Made by a program: the position numbers and the translations under genes | From: Candidatus Liptonbacteria bacterium | GTDB lineage: Bacteria; Patescibacteriota; Minisyncoccia; UBA6257; 2-01-FULL-56-20 | Direction of reading: 5' to 3' | Length of the DNA: 64,000 nt | Assembly: GCA_016194445.1 (NCBI GenBank) | Contig: JACQBP010000035.1 | Coordinates: forward strand, 4,396 to 68,395 | Part shown: positions 8,229-16,836 of the stretch, piece after piece | Layout: the number at the start of each line of letters is the position of its first letter | Position numbering within the stretch: the first letter of the stretch is position 1 | Notes under the pieces: model-generated | Seen by the model: the letters and a program-made list of their open reading frames with translations, nothing else | Told to the model about the DNA's origin: nothing | Database searches by the model: none

Positions 8229-9686
8229 GAGTTTCTCAAATTGTTCTTTCTTTTTATGGATGGCGTTTCGGATGTGTTCGCGGGCGTGAGCCGTTTTGAC
8301 GAAAGTGAGCCACCGGGCTTGAGGCTTCCGGTTTTTTTGAGTGAGGATTTCAATCACATCACCGGATTTGAGTTCAACGTCGAGAGATTTTAAGGCGCCA
8401 TTAATTTTGGCTTTGAAGGCGGTTTCGCCAATCACGGTATGGATGCTGTAGGCAAAGTCGACGGGGGTGGAACCCTTTGGCAGATCGATCACGTCGCCTT
8501 TGGGAGTGATCACGAAGAGACGGTTGTTGAAGAAATCAATTTTCATCGCCTCGATGAATTCCTGATAGCTTAAGGCGGGGTCAAGTTTGTTATTTTCCCA
8601 TCTTCTTAAGTATTTTAAGAGACCAACCTCTTCTAAGATATTTTTGAGGGATTTTTTGGACGGCGCTTCTTTTTGGATTTTTTGTTTATAGAGCCAATGA
8701 GCCGCGAGGCCGTTTTTGTTTTCTTCGTGCATCTTTTCAGTATGAATTTGGATTTCGATGTGTTTGCCTTCGGGGCCAACCACGGTGGTATGGAGAGAGC
8801 GATAACCGTTCGGTTTAGGCGAGGCAATGTAGTCTTTGATGCGACCGGGGAGGGGCGGCCAAGTTTGGTGGATGACGCCTAAAGCTTCATAGCAATCTTT
8901 GACGTCTTTAAAAACTATCCAGGTGGTGACGAGGTCGTAGATTCTCTCGAGATCCATATTGTACTCGCGGAGTTTGAAGTAGAGGCTCGAGTAGCGTTTG
9001 GCTCGGAAATCGATGAAAAGGGGAACCAAACCATTTTCCTTTAAGGTGTTCTCGAGGACGGGTTTGATTCTTTTTAAGTATTCATGGCGAGCTTCATACT
9101 GTTCTTTCACATTTTCTGTGAGCCATTCGTACTCTTTAGGGTGGAGAATGGGAAAACAGAGATCATACAATTGTCCAGAGAGGTTTTGCATGCCGATTTG
9201 GTAGGCGAGGGGCGCGTAGATTTCGTTGGTTTCGAGAGCAAAGTATTTCCATTTACTTTCCGGAATGCCTTCGATGGTTTTTAAATTATGGAGACGGTTA
9301 GCGAGTTTGATAAAGACGATTCTTAAGTCACCGCTTAAGGCTAAAATCATCTTGCGCAAGTTTTCGATTTTGGTGGCGGTGTTCTTATATTTAACCAGAG
9401 AAAGTTTGATGAGGCCGTCTAAGAGGAACGCCACCTCGCGGCCGAATTCTTTTTCGATTTCACTAACGCTGATTTTAGTGGTTTGGGGGACGTCGTGCAG
9501 GAGCCCGGCGGCAATGGTGGTTTCATCAAGGTGCCACTGATCGAGGAATTCAGCGGTCATTAAGGCGTGGTTAAAAAAAGGCTCGCCATTTTCGCGTTTC
9601 TGGCTCGAGTGAGCTTTTTTGGCGAACGCAAAGGCTCGGCCAATCAAGCTTTTAGGGTCTTTTTGGGCAGTTTCTTGAACGGTCAT
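8217..9686 (-). CDS. RelA/SpoT homolog (HD, synthetase and TGS domains; no ACT)
   Basis: GLLHD, IYAPLA, KDYIASPKPNGYRSLHT, AAHWLYK, TPKGDVIDLP, DFAYSIHT. Confidence 0.9.
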   Translation of the reverse strand: MTVQETAQKDPKSLIGRAFAFAKKAHSSQKRENGEPFFNHALMTAEFLDQWHLDETTIAAGLLHDVPQTTKISVSEIEKEFGREVAFLLDGLIKLSLVKYKNTATKIENLRKMILALSGDLRIVFIKLANRLHNLKTIEGIPESKWKYFALETNEIYAPLAYQIGMQNLSGQLYDLCFPILHPKEYEWLTENVKEQYEARHEYLKRIKPVLENTLKENGLVPLFIDFRAKRYSSLYFKLREYNMDLERIYDLVTTWIVFKDVKDCYEALGVIHQTWPPLPGRIKDYIASPKPNGYRSLHTTVVGPEGKHIEIQIHTEKMHEENKNGLAAHWLYKQKIQKEAPSKKSLKNILEEVGLLKYLRRWENNKLDPALSYQEFIEAMKIDFFNNRLFVITPKGDVIDLPKGSTPVDFAYSIHTVIGETAFKAKINGALKSLDVELKSGDVIEILTQKNRKPQARWLTFVKTAHAREHIRNAIHKKKEQFEKLLIA

Positions 9687-9725
9687 ACAGAGAGAAGTAT
9701 GAAAGATACTTTCGAGAGAATCAAG

Positions 9726-11783
9726 TTACTCCGATTCTAAATTAGCTTCGGCTGATGTTTTGATTTTCTCATCTTCTTCTTTTTTCTCTAAGGGATTAGT
9801 CCAAGAAGCGTAGTCGCAGTCGGGGTATCTTGAGCAACCCCAGAAGATTTTGCCGCGGGCGCGACCCTTCTTATTCACTCTTTTTTCAATCACGTCACCC
9901 TCATGACACTTAGGACATTTCAAACCGATAGTTTTATCACCCCCCTTTAGGTTTTTAGTGTTTTTACAATCCGGGAAACCGGAACAGGCGATGAATTTTC
10001 CGAAGCGACCGAATTTGACAATCATCGGTTTACCGCATTTTTCGCAGACTTCATCGGTTTTTTCATCGACGATCTCTTGCTTGGAAACGGCTTCGTATTT
10101 TTGTTCCAGATTTTTAGAGAAAGGTTCGTAGAATTCCTTGATGGTGGTTTGCCAGTTTTTTTTGCCTTCGGCAATTTCATCGAGTTCCTCCTCCATTTTA
10201 GCCGTGAAATCAATGTCCACGATTTTGGGAAAATTTTCACTCAAAACTTTGTTGACGAGAGTGCCGATTTCGGTGGGGTGAAAATACCGAGCCAGTTTTT
10301 CAACGTAGTTTCGGTCTTGAATTACAGAAATGGTGGGGGCGTAAGTGGAGGGCCGGCCGATGCCAAATTTTTCTAAAGTTTTAATAAGACTAGCTTCGTT
10401 GTAGCGAGGAGGCGGTTCGGTGAAGTGCTCTAAAGGATTGATTTCAATGAGATTGAGCTCGTCTCCTTTGGCCACGGCTGGCAAAGTTTTTTCTTCAAGT
10501 TTGGTTGGCCAAACTTTTAAAAAACCATCAAAACGCATGACATTTCCTGTAGCATGTAACATGTAACATGTAGCAGTATTTTTTGGTTGGGCCGAGATTT
10601 CGATGCGGGTGGCGTCTAAGATGGCGGGAGGAAGTTGAGAAGCGATGAAACGTCGCCAGATAAGGTCGTAAAGTTTTTGCTCGTCTTTTTCTAAGTTTTT
10701 CTTGGTCTTGATTTGACCGAATTCGAGCGGGGCGAAGTCAACATTTGAAGGGCGGATGGCTTCGTGCGCCTCTTGGGCTAACTTGGATTTGCCATGGTAG
10801 GTTTTTGGTCCTTGGCTGTATTTGGATCCGAGATGGTTTTTAACCCAGCTTTCAGCAGATAAAAGGGCGTCTTGAGCAAGATTCACCGAATCAGTTCGCA
10901 TGTAAGTAATGTGACCTTTTTCGTAAAGGGATTGAGCGAGGTACATAGTTTTCTTCGAGGAGAAACCAAAAGCTCGGGAGGCTGTTTGCTGGAGAGTGCT
11001 CGTAATAAAAGGAGGCATCGGGTTTTTCCGGAGTTCGCTTTGATTGACCGCTGCGATTTCGTAGAGCGATTGCATAAGATCGGTTTTGATGACTTCCACT
11101 TGATCCTTAGTTTTAAGGCTCAATTTGGGAATGGTTTCATGATTAATTTTGACGAGGGTGGCTTCGAGTTTCTCATTTTTTTTCGTTTCTAAAAGAGCCG
11201 TCAGAGTCCAGTATTCTTCCGGATGGAATTTTTTGATTTCTTCTTCGCGTTCAACGATCAACCTTAAAGCGACGGATTGAACCCGGCCGGCGGAGAGGCC
11301 GCGGGCGATTTTTTTCCAAAGGAAGGGGGAGAGTTTGTAGCCGACGAGACGATCTAAAACACGTCTGGCTTGCTGAGCGTCAACTAAATGGAGGTCAATC
11401 TCGCGGGGGTTTTTGAGGGCGCTATCAATAGCGGTTTTGGTGATTTCGTGAAAGACGATGCGTTTAACGCGGTCAATTTTACTTTCTTCAAGCTTCAAGG
11501 CGTGGAGGAGATGCCAGGCAATGGCTTCACCTTCGCGATCCTCGTCGGTCGCGAGAATGACGGATTCGGCTTTTTCAGCCACCTTTTTCAGGGCGGTAAC
11601 CTGTTTTTGATTTTTTTTGGGGATAATATATTGAGGCTCAAAGTTTTTTTCAACTTCGACGCCGAGTTTGCTTTTCGGTAAATCTCGGACATGGCCAAAA
11701 GAAGACTCCACTTGGTAATGGGAGCCTAAAAATTTACTGATAGTTTTGGCCTTAGTAGGGGACTCGACGATGACGAGGTTCAT
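9726..11783 (-). CDS. topA: DNA topoisomerase I
   Basis: MNLVIVESPTKAKTI, ATDEDREGEAIAWH, ITYMRTDS, GIGRPSTY, C-terminal zinc ribbons. Confidence 0.97.
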   Translation of the reverse strand: MNLVIVESPTKAKTISKFLGSHYQVESSFGHVRDLPKSKLGVEVEKNFEPQYIIPKKNQKQVTALKKVAEKAESVILATDEDREGEAIAWHLLHALKLEESKIDRVKRIVFHEITKTAIDSALKNPREIDLHLVDAQQARRVLDRLVGYKLSPFLWKKIARGLSAGRVQSVALRLIVEREEEIKKFHPEEYWTLTALLETKKNEKLEATLVKINHETIPKLSLKTKDQVEVIKTDLMQSLYEIAAVNQSELRKNPMPPFITSTLQQTASRAFGFSSKKTMYLAQSLYEKGHITYMRTDSVNLAQDALLSAESWVKNHLGSKYSQGPKTYHGKSKLAQEAHEAIRPSNVDFAPLEFGQIKTKKNLEKDEQKLYDLIWRRFIASQLPPAILDATRIEISAQPKNTATCYMLHATGNVMRFDGFLKVWPTKLEEKTLPAVAKGDELNLIEINPLEHFTEPPPRYNEASLIKTLEKFGIGRPSTYAPTISVIQDRNYVEKLARYFHPTEIGTLVNKVLSENFPKIVDIDFTAKMEEELDEIAEGKKNWQTTIKEFYEPFSKNLEQKYEAVSKQEIVDEKTDEVCEKCGKPMIVKFGRFGKFIACSGFPDCKNTKNLKGGDKTIGLKCPKCHEGDVIEKRVNKKGRARGKIFWGCSRYPDCDYASWTNPLEKKEEDEKIKTSAEANLESE

Positions 11784-11867
11784 GATTTCTCTATAGATTA
11801 CGGATTTTTTACGAATATACAAATTTTTTTTGGGTTCGTTTTTTCGTACTCTTTGGGATTTTTAATT

Positions 11868-12902
11868 TTAGAGAGTGTAACCTTGGTCAGTTTCTTGAAT
11901 AGAATTTTTTAAAGTGAGAAAGCTTAGGGTTTGATTGATGATTTTGGCATTAAGATTAGTGAGTTCGATGATTTTGTCAATAGTAACCGGTTTTCCTGAC
12001 TTTAACAAAACTTCCAGGATGATTTTTTCTTCTTCAGTTTCGGGATTGACCCGACGAGGAGAGTTTTCTTTTTCGAGGAGAGCCGGAGCGAGGATTTCTA
12101 GAATTTCTTCCGGTTTAGTGACTAAAGCCGCGCCTTGGCGGATAAGCTCGTGGGAACCGATGAAGTTGGGATGAGTGATCGGGCCCGGAACCACAAAAAC
12201 GTCTCGGTTTTGATCGAGGGCAAAGCGAGTAGTGGCGAGCGCGCCAGAACCTTGAGGCGCTTCGATAACAAGAAGGCCATGAGCAAGACCGCTCACCAAT
12301 CGGTTGCGCTCGATGAAGCGTTGGGGAAGGGAGGGGCTGCCTAGGGGATATTCAGAGATAATGGCGCCGCCAGACCCCAAGATTTTTTGGGCGAGTTTTT
12401 CGTTGGTCTTGGGGTAGAGTTTGTCTAGACCGCTCGCAATTACCGCCACGGTGTAGCCTTTAGCTTCAAGGGCGCCTTCGTGACTTTTGGCGTCGATACC
12501 TAAGGCCAAGCCGCTTATGACGTTAATGCCCCAGCCAGCGATTTTTCTCGCAAATTTTTTGGCGATTTCTCGGCCGCTTTCGCTCGCCTTTCTGGTCCCG
12601 ACGATGGCGAGGGAGGTTTGGTTGATTTTATTTAAGTTGCCGAGCGAGTAAATTCCAAAAGGGGTCCAAGGAATTTCTTTGAGGAGCGCGGGGAAATGAG
12701 GGTGATGGCTTAAAGTAAGGCTCACCCCGGCTTTTTCGAGCTTAGCCCATTCTTTTTCGGGGGAGCAAGATTTTTTTACTTCCGTGGAGAGGCTGGCCCA
12801 AACTTTTTGCCAGGTGGAGTATTTTTTCTTCAGGTTTTCAAGTTCGCGAAAGTTACTCCATTTTACGAGAGTTGCGGCGTTGTAGAAAATTTCTTCGGTC
12901 AC
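11868..12902 (-). CDS. dprA: DNA-processing protein DprA
   Basis: LAIVGTR, ISGLALGID, SEYPLG, RNRLVSGL, C-terminal wHTH. Confidence 0.95.
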   Translation of the reverse strand: MTEEIFYNAATLVKWSNFRELENLKKKYSTWQKVWASLSTEVKKSCSPEKEWAKLEKAGVSLTLSHHPHFPALLKEIPWTPFGIYSLGNLNKINQTSLAIVGTRKASESGREIAKKFARKIAGWGINVISGLALGIDAKSHEGALEAKGYTVAVIASGLDKLYPKTNEKLAQKILGSGGAIISEYPLGSPSLPQRFIERNRLVSGLAHGLLVIEAPQGSGALATTRFALDQNRDVFVVPGPITHPNFIGSHELIRQGAALVTKPEEILEILAPALLEKENSPRRVNPETEEEKIILEVLLKSGKPVTIDKIIELTNLNAKIINQTLSFLTLKNSIQETDQGYTL

Positions 12903-12981
12903 CTTAGTATTATGGCATACCCACTAGGAAATTACCTGGGGGGCATATTTTGAAGATTGAGTTATGTTATAATAGGCTGAA

Positions 12982-13515
12982 ATGGTTAATGATTTCAAAA
13001 AGCAAGTTTGGTTGACATTGGCGATTTTAGGAGGAGCGGGGCTGGTTTTTGGTTCGGCTTATTATTTTTCGGTTCAGAGGATCAATGCTCAGGTCCAGGA
13101 GATTGTTCGCCAAAGAGCTTTAATAAGACAAAGTTCGACTATCACTCAAACCCTAGCGAATCTTAAGCAGGAAGGTCAAGCGGCAGAACCCTATAAACAA
13201 GCGATGGAAAGATTGGTGGCGACGAGAGACCAATTGATCGTTAACTTTTCCGATTGGCTGACAAGGGAAGCCAGCATCTACGGCGCGGGAGTTTCTTTCA
13301 GCTTTCAGGGATCAGAAACTAAGCCGACCCCGGATGATTTTGGCTCCGCTGGTTTCTCGATTAAACTCAGTGGTCACTTCAGGGATATAGTCGGATTGCT
13401 CAAATACCTTGAGTTAGAATCTCCCCAGTTTTTGATCACTTTTAATGATTTTGATGTTAGCCAATCAAATGGTGGTTACAATGTGGCGGCGGACGGGAAA
13501 GTTTTCTTTAACTAA
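12982..13515 (+). CDS. PilO-like type IV pilus alignment protein
   Basis: N-terminal TM helix, coiled coil, ferredoxin-like C-terminus (FSIKLSGHFRDIVGLLKYLE); pilus gene context. Confidence 0.65.
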   Translation: MVNDFKKQVWLTLAILGGAGLVFGSAYYFSVQRINAQVQEIVRQRALIRQSSTITQTLANLKQEGQAAEPYKQAMERLVATRDQLIVNFSDWLTREASIYGAGVSFSFQGSETKPTPDDFGSAGFSIKLSGHFRDIVGLLKYLELESPQFLITFNDFDVSQSNGGYNVAADGKVFFN

Positions 13516-13520
13516 CATTA

Positions 13521-13724
13521 ATGAAAAATTTTTTTAGAAATCAATATGATAAGATATTAGTTTTGATGGCGGTGGTTTTTTTGGTGGGTTTGACGATTTT
13601 TTACGTGTGGGGCGCGCGGTTTCTAGTGGTTGGTTTTAATAGGACAACCGAGATTAAGGGTGGACCAGAGGATTTAGTGCATTTTGATGTAGGTGGGGCG
13701 GCTAAGTTAAACTTAGTTCACTAA
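13521..13724 (+). CDS. Small single-TM protein, pilus-associated by position
   Basis: 67-aa ORF 5 bp after the PilO-like gene. Confidence 0.55.
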   Translation: MKNFFRNQYDKILVLMAVVFLVGLTIFYVWGARFLVVGFNRTTEIKGGPEDLVHFDVGGAAKLNLVH

Positions 13725-13956
13725 AGTAACTGTGCCATCAGTGCTCCCGTAGAACGTTTTCTACGGGCTTGACTTGGGCTTGGGTTGACGCTCGTGGAGT
13801 TTTGGTTTTTAATGTTAGTGGATTGAGCTTAACAAAGAACGGGCGGATGATTTATTAGGGAATCTCATTAATTGAGATTATGGGGCAATGGTCCGTTTTT
13901 CTATTTTTAACAACGTTGGTTAGAGTGGTACTCTGGTGTTAAATTTCCAAGTTAAT

Positions 13957-14028
13957 GCGCACATAGTTCAGTGGTAGAACGCGTTCCTGATAAGAACGAG
14001 GTCCTTGGTTCGATTCCAAGTGTGCGCA
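13957..14028 (+). tRNA. tRNA-Ile(GAT)
   Basis: GCGCACA acceptor stem, CGTTC-CTGATAA-GAACG anticodon arm, GGTTCGATTCC. Confidence 0.95.
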
Positions 14029-14106
14029 CCGGAAGCTGAAAGGTAGCCCCGCTGTGAGAGGGACAAAAGAATTTGTGAAGCTTAAGATTCGCTAACAAAT
14101 TCTAAC

Positions 14107-14178
14107 GCGCGGTTAGCTCAGTGGTAGAGCGCTTCGTTGACATCGAAGAGGTCAGAAGTTCGATCCTTCTACCGCGCA
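14107..14178 (+). tRNA. tRNA-Val(GAC)
   Basis: GCGCGGT acceptor stem, CTTCG-TTGACAT-CGAAG anticodon arm, AGTTCGATCCT. Confidence 0.95.
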
Positions 14179-14214
14179 CAGTCTCCCATAAATCATATAG
14201 CATGAAACATGAAA

Positions 14215-14275
14215 CCCCGATACTAGAAGTTTGGAAAAACTTAAGTTTTAAGAAGTTCCAGACTTCAGTACGGGG
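14215..14275. repeat. Family-1 bulged palindrome, copy D
   Basis: CCCCGATACTAGAAGTTTGGAA...TTCCAGACTTCAGTACGGGG; ends nearly identical to the parB copy at 7199-7255. Confidence 0.8.
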
Positions 14276-14292
14276 CAGGCAGAAGGAGAAAT

Positions 14293-15024
14293 ATGAAAAA
14301 TAGAGAAAAGTTTGAACCGGAAGTGATTTATGAAGATCGGAATTTTTTGGCGGTGAATAAGCCGGCGGGACTTTTGGTGCATGCTAGCAATTTAAAGTTA
14401 AAAAATAAAAATGAAAAATTATTGGAGCCAACTTTGGTCAGTTGGCTTTTATATAGGTACAAAGAGATAAGTAAAGTGGGAGATGATCCAAAGGTGAGGC
14501 CGGGGATTGTGCACCGGTTGGACAAGGACACTTCTGGGGTAATGCTAATAGCGCGAAACCAAAAATACTTTGATTATCTCAAGAAACTTTTTCAAGAACA
14601 CAAAATCAGGAAAACTTATTTGGCTTTGGTTTATGGGATACCGAAAGAAAAAAAGGGAGTGATAAACAAACCTATCGCTTTAAAACCAGGTACGACGAAG
14701 CGGTCAGTTTTTGGCGGGAAGATGGAGAAGGAAGCGGTGACGGAGTACAATTTAGTAGAAGGTTTTAACGAGACAAGCGACAAGGTTTTTTCTCTATTAG
14801 AAGTGCATCCGAGAACAGGTAGGACGCATCAGATTCGAGTGCACCTCGCGAGTATTGGTTGTCCGGTTTTGAATGACCAAATTTACGCTCCGAAAAAAGA
14901 GAAAGTTGGGAGTGGAAGGTTGATGTTACACGCGCTGTCTTTGGAGTTTACGAATGAAACCGGTAAAAAGATTTTGATTGAGAGCGAATTGCCAAAGGAG
15001 TTTAGGGAAGTGACCGACAACTAA
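14293..15024 (+). CDS. RluA-family pseudouridine synthase
   Basis: VNKPAGLLVH, GIVHRLDKDTSG, TGRTHQIRVHL, LMLHA. Confidence 0.95.
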   Translation: MKNREKFEPEVIYEDRNFLAVNKPAGLLVHASNLKLKNKNEKLLEPTLVSWLLYRYKEISKVGDDPKVRPGIVHRLDKDTSGVMLIARNQKYFDYLKKLFQEHKIRKTYLALVYGIPKEKKGVINKPIALKPGTTKRSVFGGKMEKEAVTEYNLVEGFNETSDKVFSLLEVHPRTGRTHQIRVHLASIGCPVLNDQIYAPKKEKVGSGRLMLHALSLEFTNETGKKILIESELPKEFREVTDN

Positions 15025-15315
15025 CAGCTTATAACTTACGACAAATAACGAGGAAGATACACAAGAAAGATAATTGTTTCCAGCACCACTTTTTTAGCTT
15101 GAAAAAGGGTGCTCGAATCCTCAATTTTGTTGCTTCGTTGAACCAAGTAGTCCCTCGTCGCAAGGCTTCTCGGGACGATTGAAAACCTAAGTTCGTACCT
15201 CACTAATGTTTTCTAATCGGAGTTATCCACAATCCATTTTTAAAGGGGTTTTGAAGCTGTGCTATAATACTCAAGTAAATCTTCTAGAAAGGTCGAATTT
15301 AAAGAAAAAATTGAA

Positions 15316-15987
15316 ATGCAAAGTAAACAAGTAAAAGGCTTTACTCTGATCGAGCTTCTGATTGTGATCGGGATTATTGCCATTCTCGCTACGGTGGTCA
15401 TTTTAACTTTAAATCCGGCCGAGCTTTTGAGGCAGGCGCGAGATTCAACGAGGACTTCTGATTTTGCGACTATAAAGAGCGCAGTTTCGCTTTTTGGGGC
15501 TGATGTGGCTACGTCTTCAGCTGCTTACGGCGCAAGTATACTTGCCGCCGGTCCTCTTCCGACTTGTTATGTTTCTATCACACAAGGTGCGGCTCAATCA
15601 GGTGGAGCGGCTCCGGTTTGGGGAGCAAATTGTGGTGGCCGCTTTACTACTCGTGGTGTTGCAGCTAATTGGACGATAGCCAGTAGTTCGGAGACTAATA
15701 AAAGACTCGTGAATGGTGGTGGCTGGATTCCAATTAATCTGAATGCGATTAGTTCTGGGGCGCCGATTTCAGCTTGGCCAGTTGATCCAGTGTCCCCCAA
15801 CGCTTCCACTTCTTATTACGCTTACGCCACGGACGGTTCTGGGGGTTTTGAAATTAACGGAGTTTTAGAAAGTACTAAGTTCGCTAGCAGTTCCGCAAAT
15901 GATGGCGGAGATATGAACGCGGTTGGCGGGCCGGTTGGCACTTCTCTTCTTTATGAAGTCGGAACGCAGCCTGGATTAAATCTCTAG
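15316..15987 (+). CDS. Type IV major pilin-like protein
   Basis: KG|FTLIELLIVIGII class III signal peptide; TATAAT promoter upstream and its own terminator. Confidence 0.9.
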   Translation: MQSKQVKGFTLIELLIVIGIIAILATVVILTLNPAELLRQARDSTRTSDFATIKSAVSLFGADVATSSAAYGASILAAGPLPTCYVSITQGAAQSGGAAPVWGANCGGRFTTRGVAANWTIASSSETNKRLVNGGGWIPINLNAISSGAPISAWPVDPVSPNASTSYYAYATDGSGGFEINGVLESTKFASSSANDGGDMNAVGGPVGTSLLYEVGTQPGLNL

Positions 15988-16011
15988 TTTAAACAGAGAG
16001 TGTTGAGTATG

Positions 16012-16044
16012 AAAGAACCCAGCCTGTGCGTTGGGTTCTTTTTT
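16012..16044 (+). terminator. Rho-independent terminator after the pilin gene
   Basis: AAAGAACCCAGC...GTTGGGTTCTTTTTT. Confidence 0.8.
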
Positions 16045-16070
16045 GCTATAATTGAGGGGGTTGGAATGAT

Positions 16071-16730
16071 ATGGCTTGGCTAAATTTATACACTTTATGC
16101 ATTTTGGCTTTAGTTTTAGCGGCCCAGTTTTTTTATCGTTTTTCTTCGGGGCGCTTGGCGGCTTTTTTTATCAAATTTAAGTTCCATACTTTTTTGAGAT
16201 GGATTTGGATTCTAAGCGGGGTTTTGATTTTTTCACTTTTAACTTATTGGTCGTATTTGCAGTATGAACTTTGGTCGGGTGAGGGCGGGTTTGGCAAATT
16301 TCTTTTGCCGCCGTATCAAAGCATCTACTATTTCTTTTCTTATGTGGGAGTCAGGTTTTTCGGGCCGTGGATTTTGGCGTTTTTCGCGGCTATTTTAGTC
16401 AGCCGTTTGGCGAAATTTTTGAATAGACGTTTTGAGGAAAGGTTTTTTGAGCCGGAGGAGATAGAACTGATCGCTTTGGGAACCTTTTTGGCTGGCTACC
16501 CGGGATTTTTCTTTTACCTAGCTTTGATTTTGACAGTGGGAGTTCTGTTTTCTGCGTTCTACCTTCTGCTTTCAAAGGGGCGATTACCGCTTTATTATTT
16601 TTGGATACCTTTGGCTATATTTGCTATCATTATGAAGATTTGGTTTTTGGGTTATTTGGGCAACGGTTTTGTTTCGTTTTGGGGGAGCTTTTCGCTCGGA
16701 GATTTTTATAAATTGATTTTCGGTTTCTAA
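16071..16730 (+). CDS. Membrane protein with distant prepilin-peptidase (A24) C-terminal resemblance
   Basis: Multi-TM, lies between the pilin and PilB genes. FEPEEIELIALGTFLAGYP...RLPL echoes GxGDxKL..G...PF. Confidence 0.5.
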   Translation: MAWLNLYTLCILALVLAAQFFYRFSSGRLAAFFIKFKFHTFLRWIWILSGVLIFSLLTYWSYLQYELWSGEGGFGKFLLPPYQSIYYFFSYVGVRFFGPWILAFFAAILVSRLAKFLNRRFEERFFEPEEIELIALGTFLAGYPGFFFYLALILTVGVLFSAFYLLLSKGRLPLYYFWIPLAIFAIIMKIWFLGYLGNGFVSFWGSFSLGDFYKLIFGF

Positions 16731-16735
16731 AGTTT

Positions 16736-16828
16736 GCTACGGAATACGAAAAAATACGGATATACAGATGTAGCGAAAGTATTTATGCTGTTTAATGTCT
16801 ATTCGTATAGAAATTCGTATTCAGTAGC
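16736..16828. repeat. TACGAA-rich inverted-repeat element (copy 3)
   Basis: GCTACGGAATACGAA ... TTCGTATTCAGTAGC; same ends as 74-157. Confidence 0.7.
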
Positions 16829-16836
16829 CTTATAAC

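Noticed and set aside
13745-13826. Remnant prepilin motif GLTLVE after a CCCGTAGAA/TTCTACGGG hairpin
   Set aside because: No start codon, an early stop and only six matching residues; could be chance.
14121-14303. 60-aa ORF
   Set aside because: Overlaps tRNA-Val and a repeat element.
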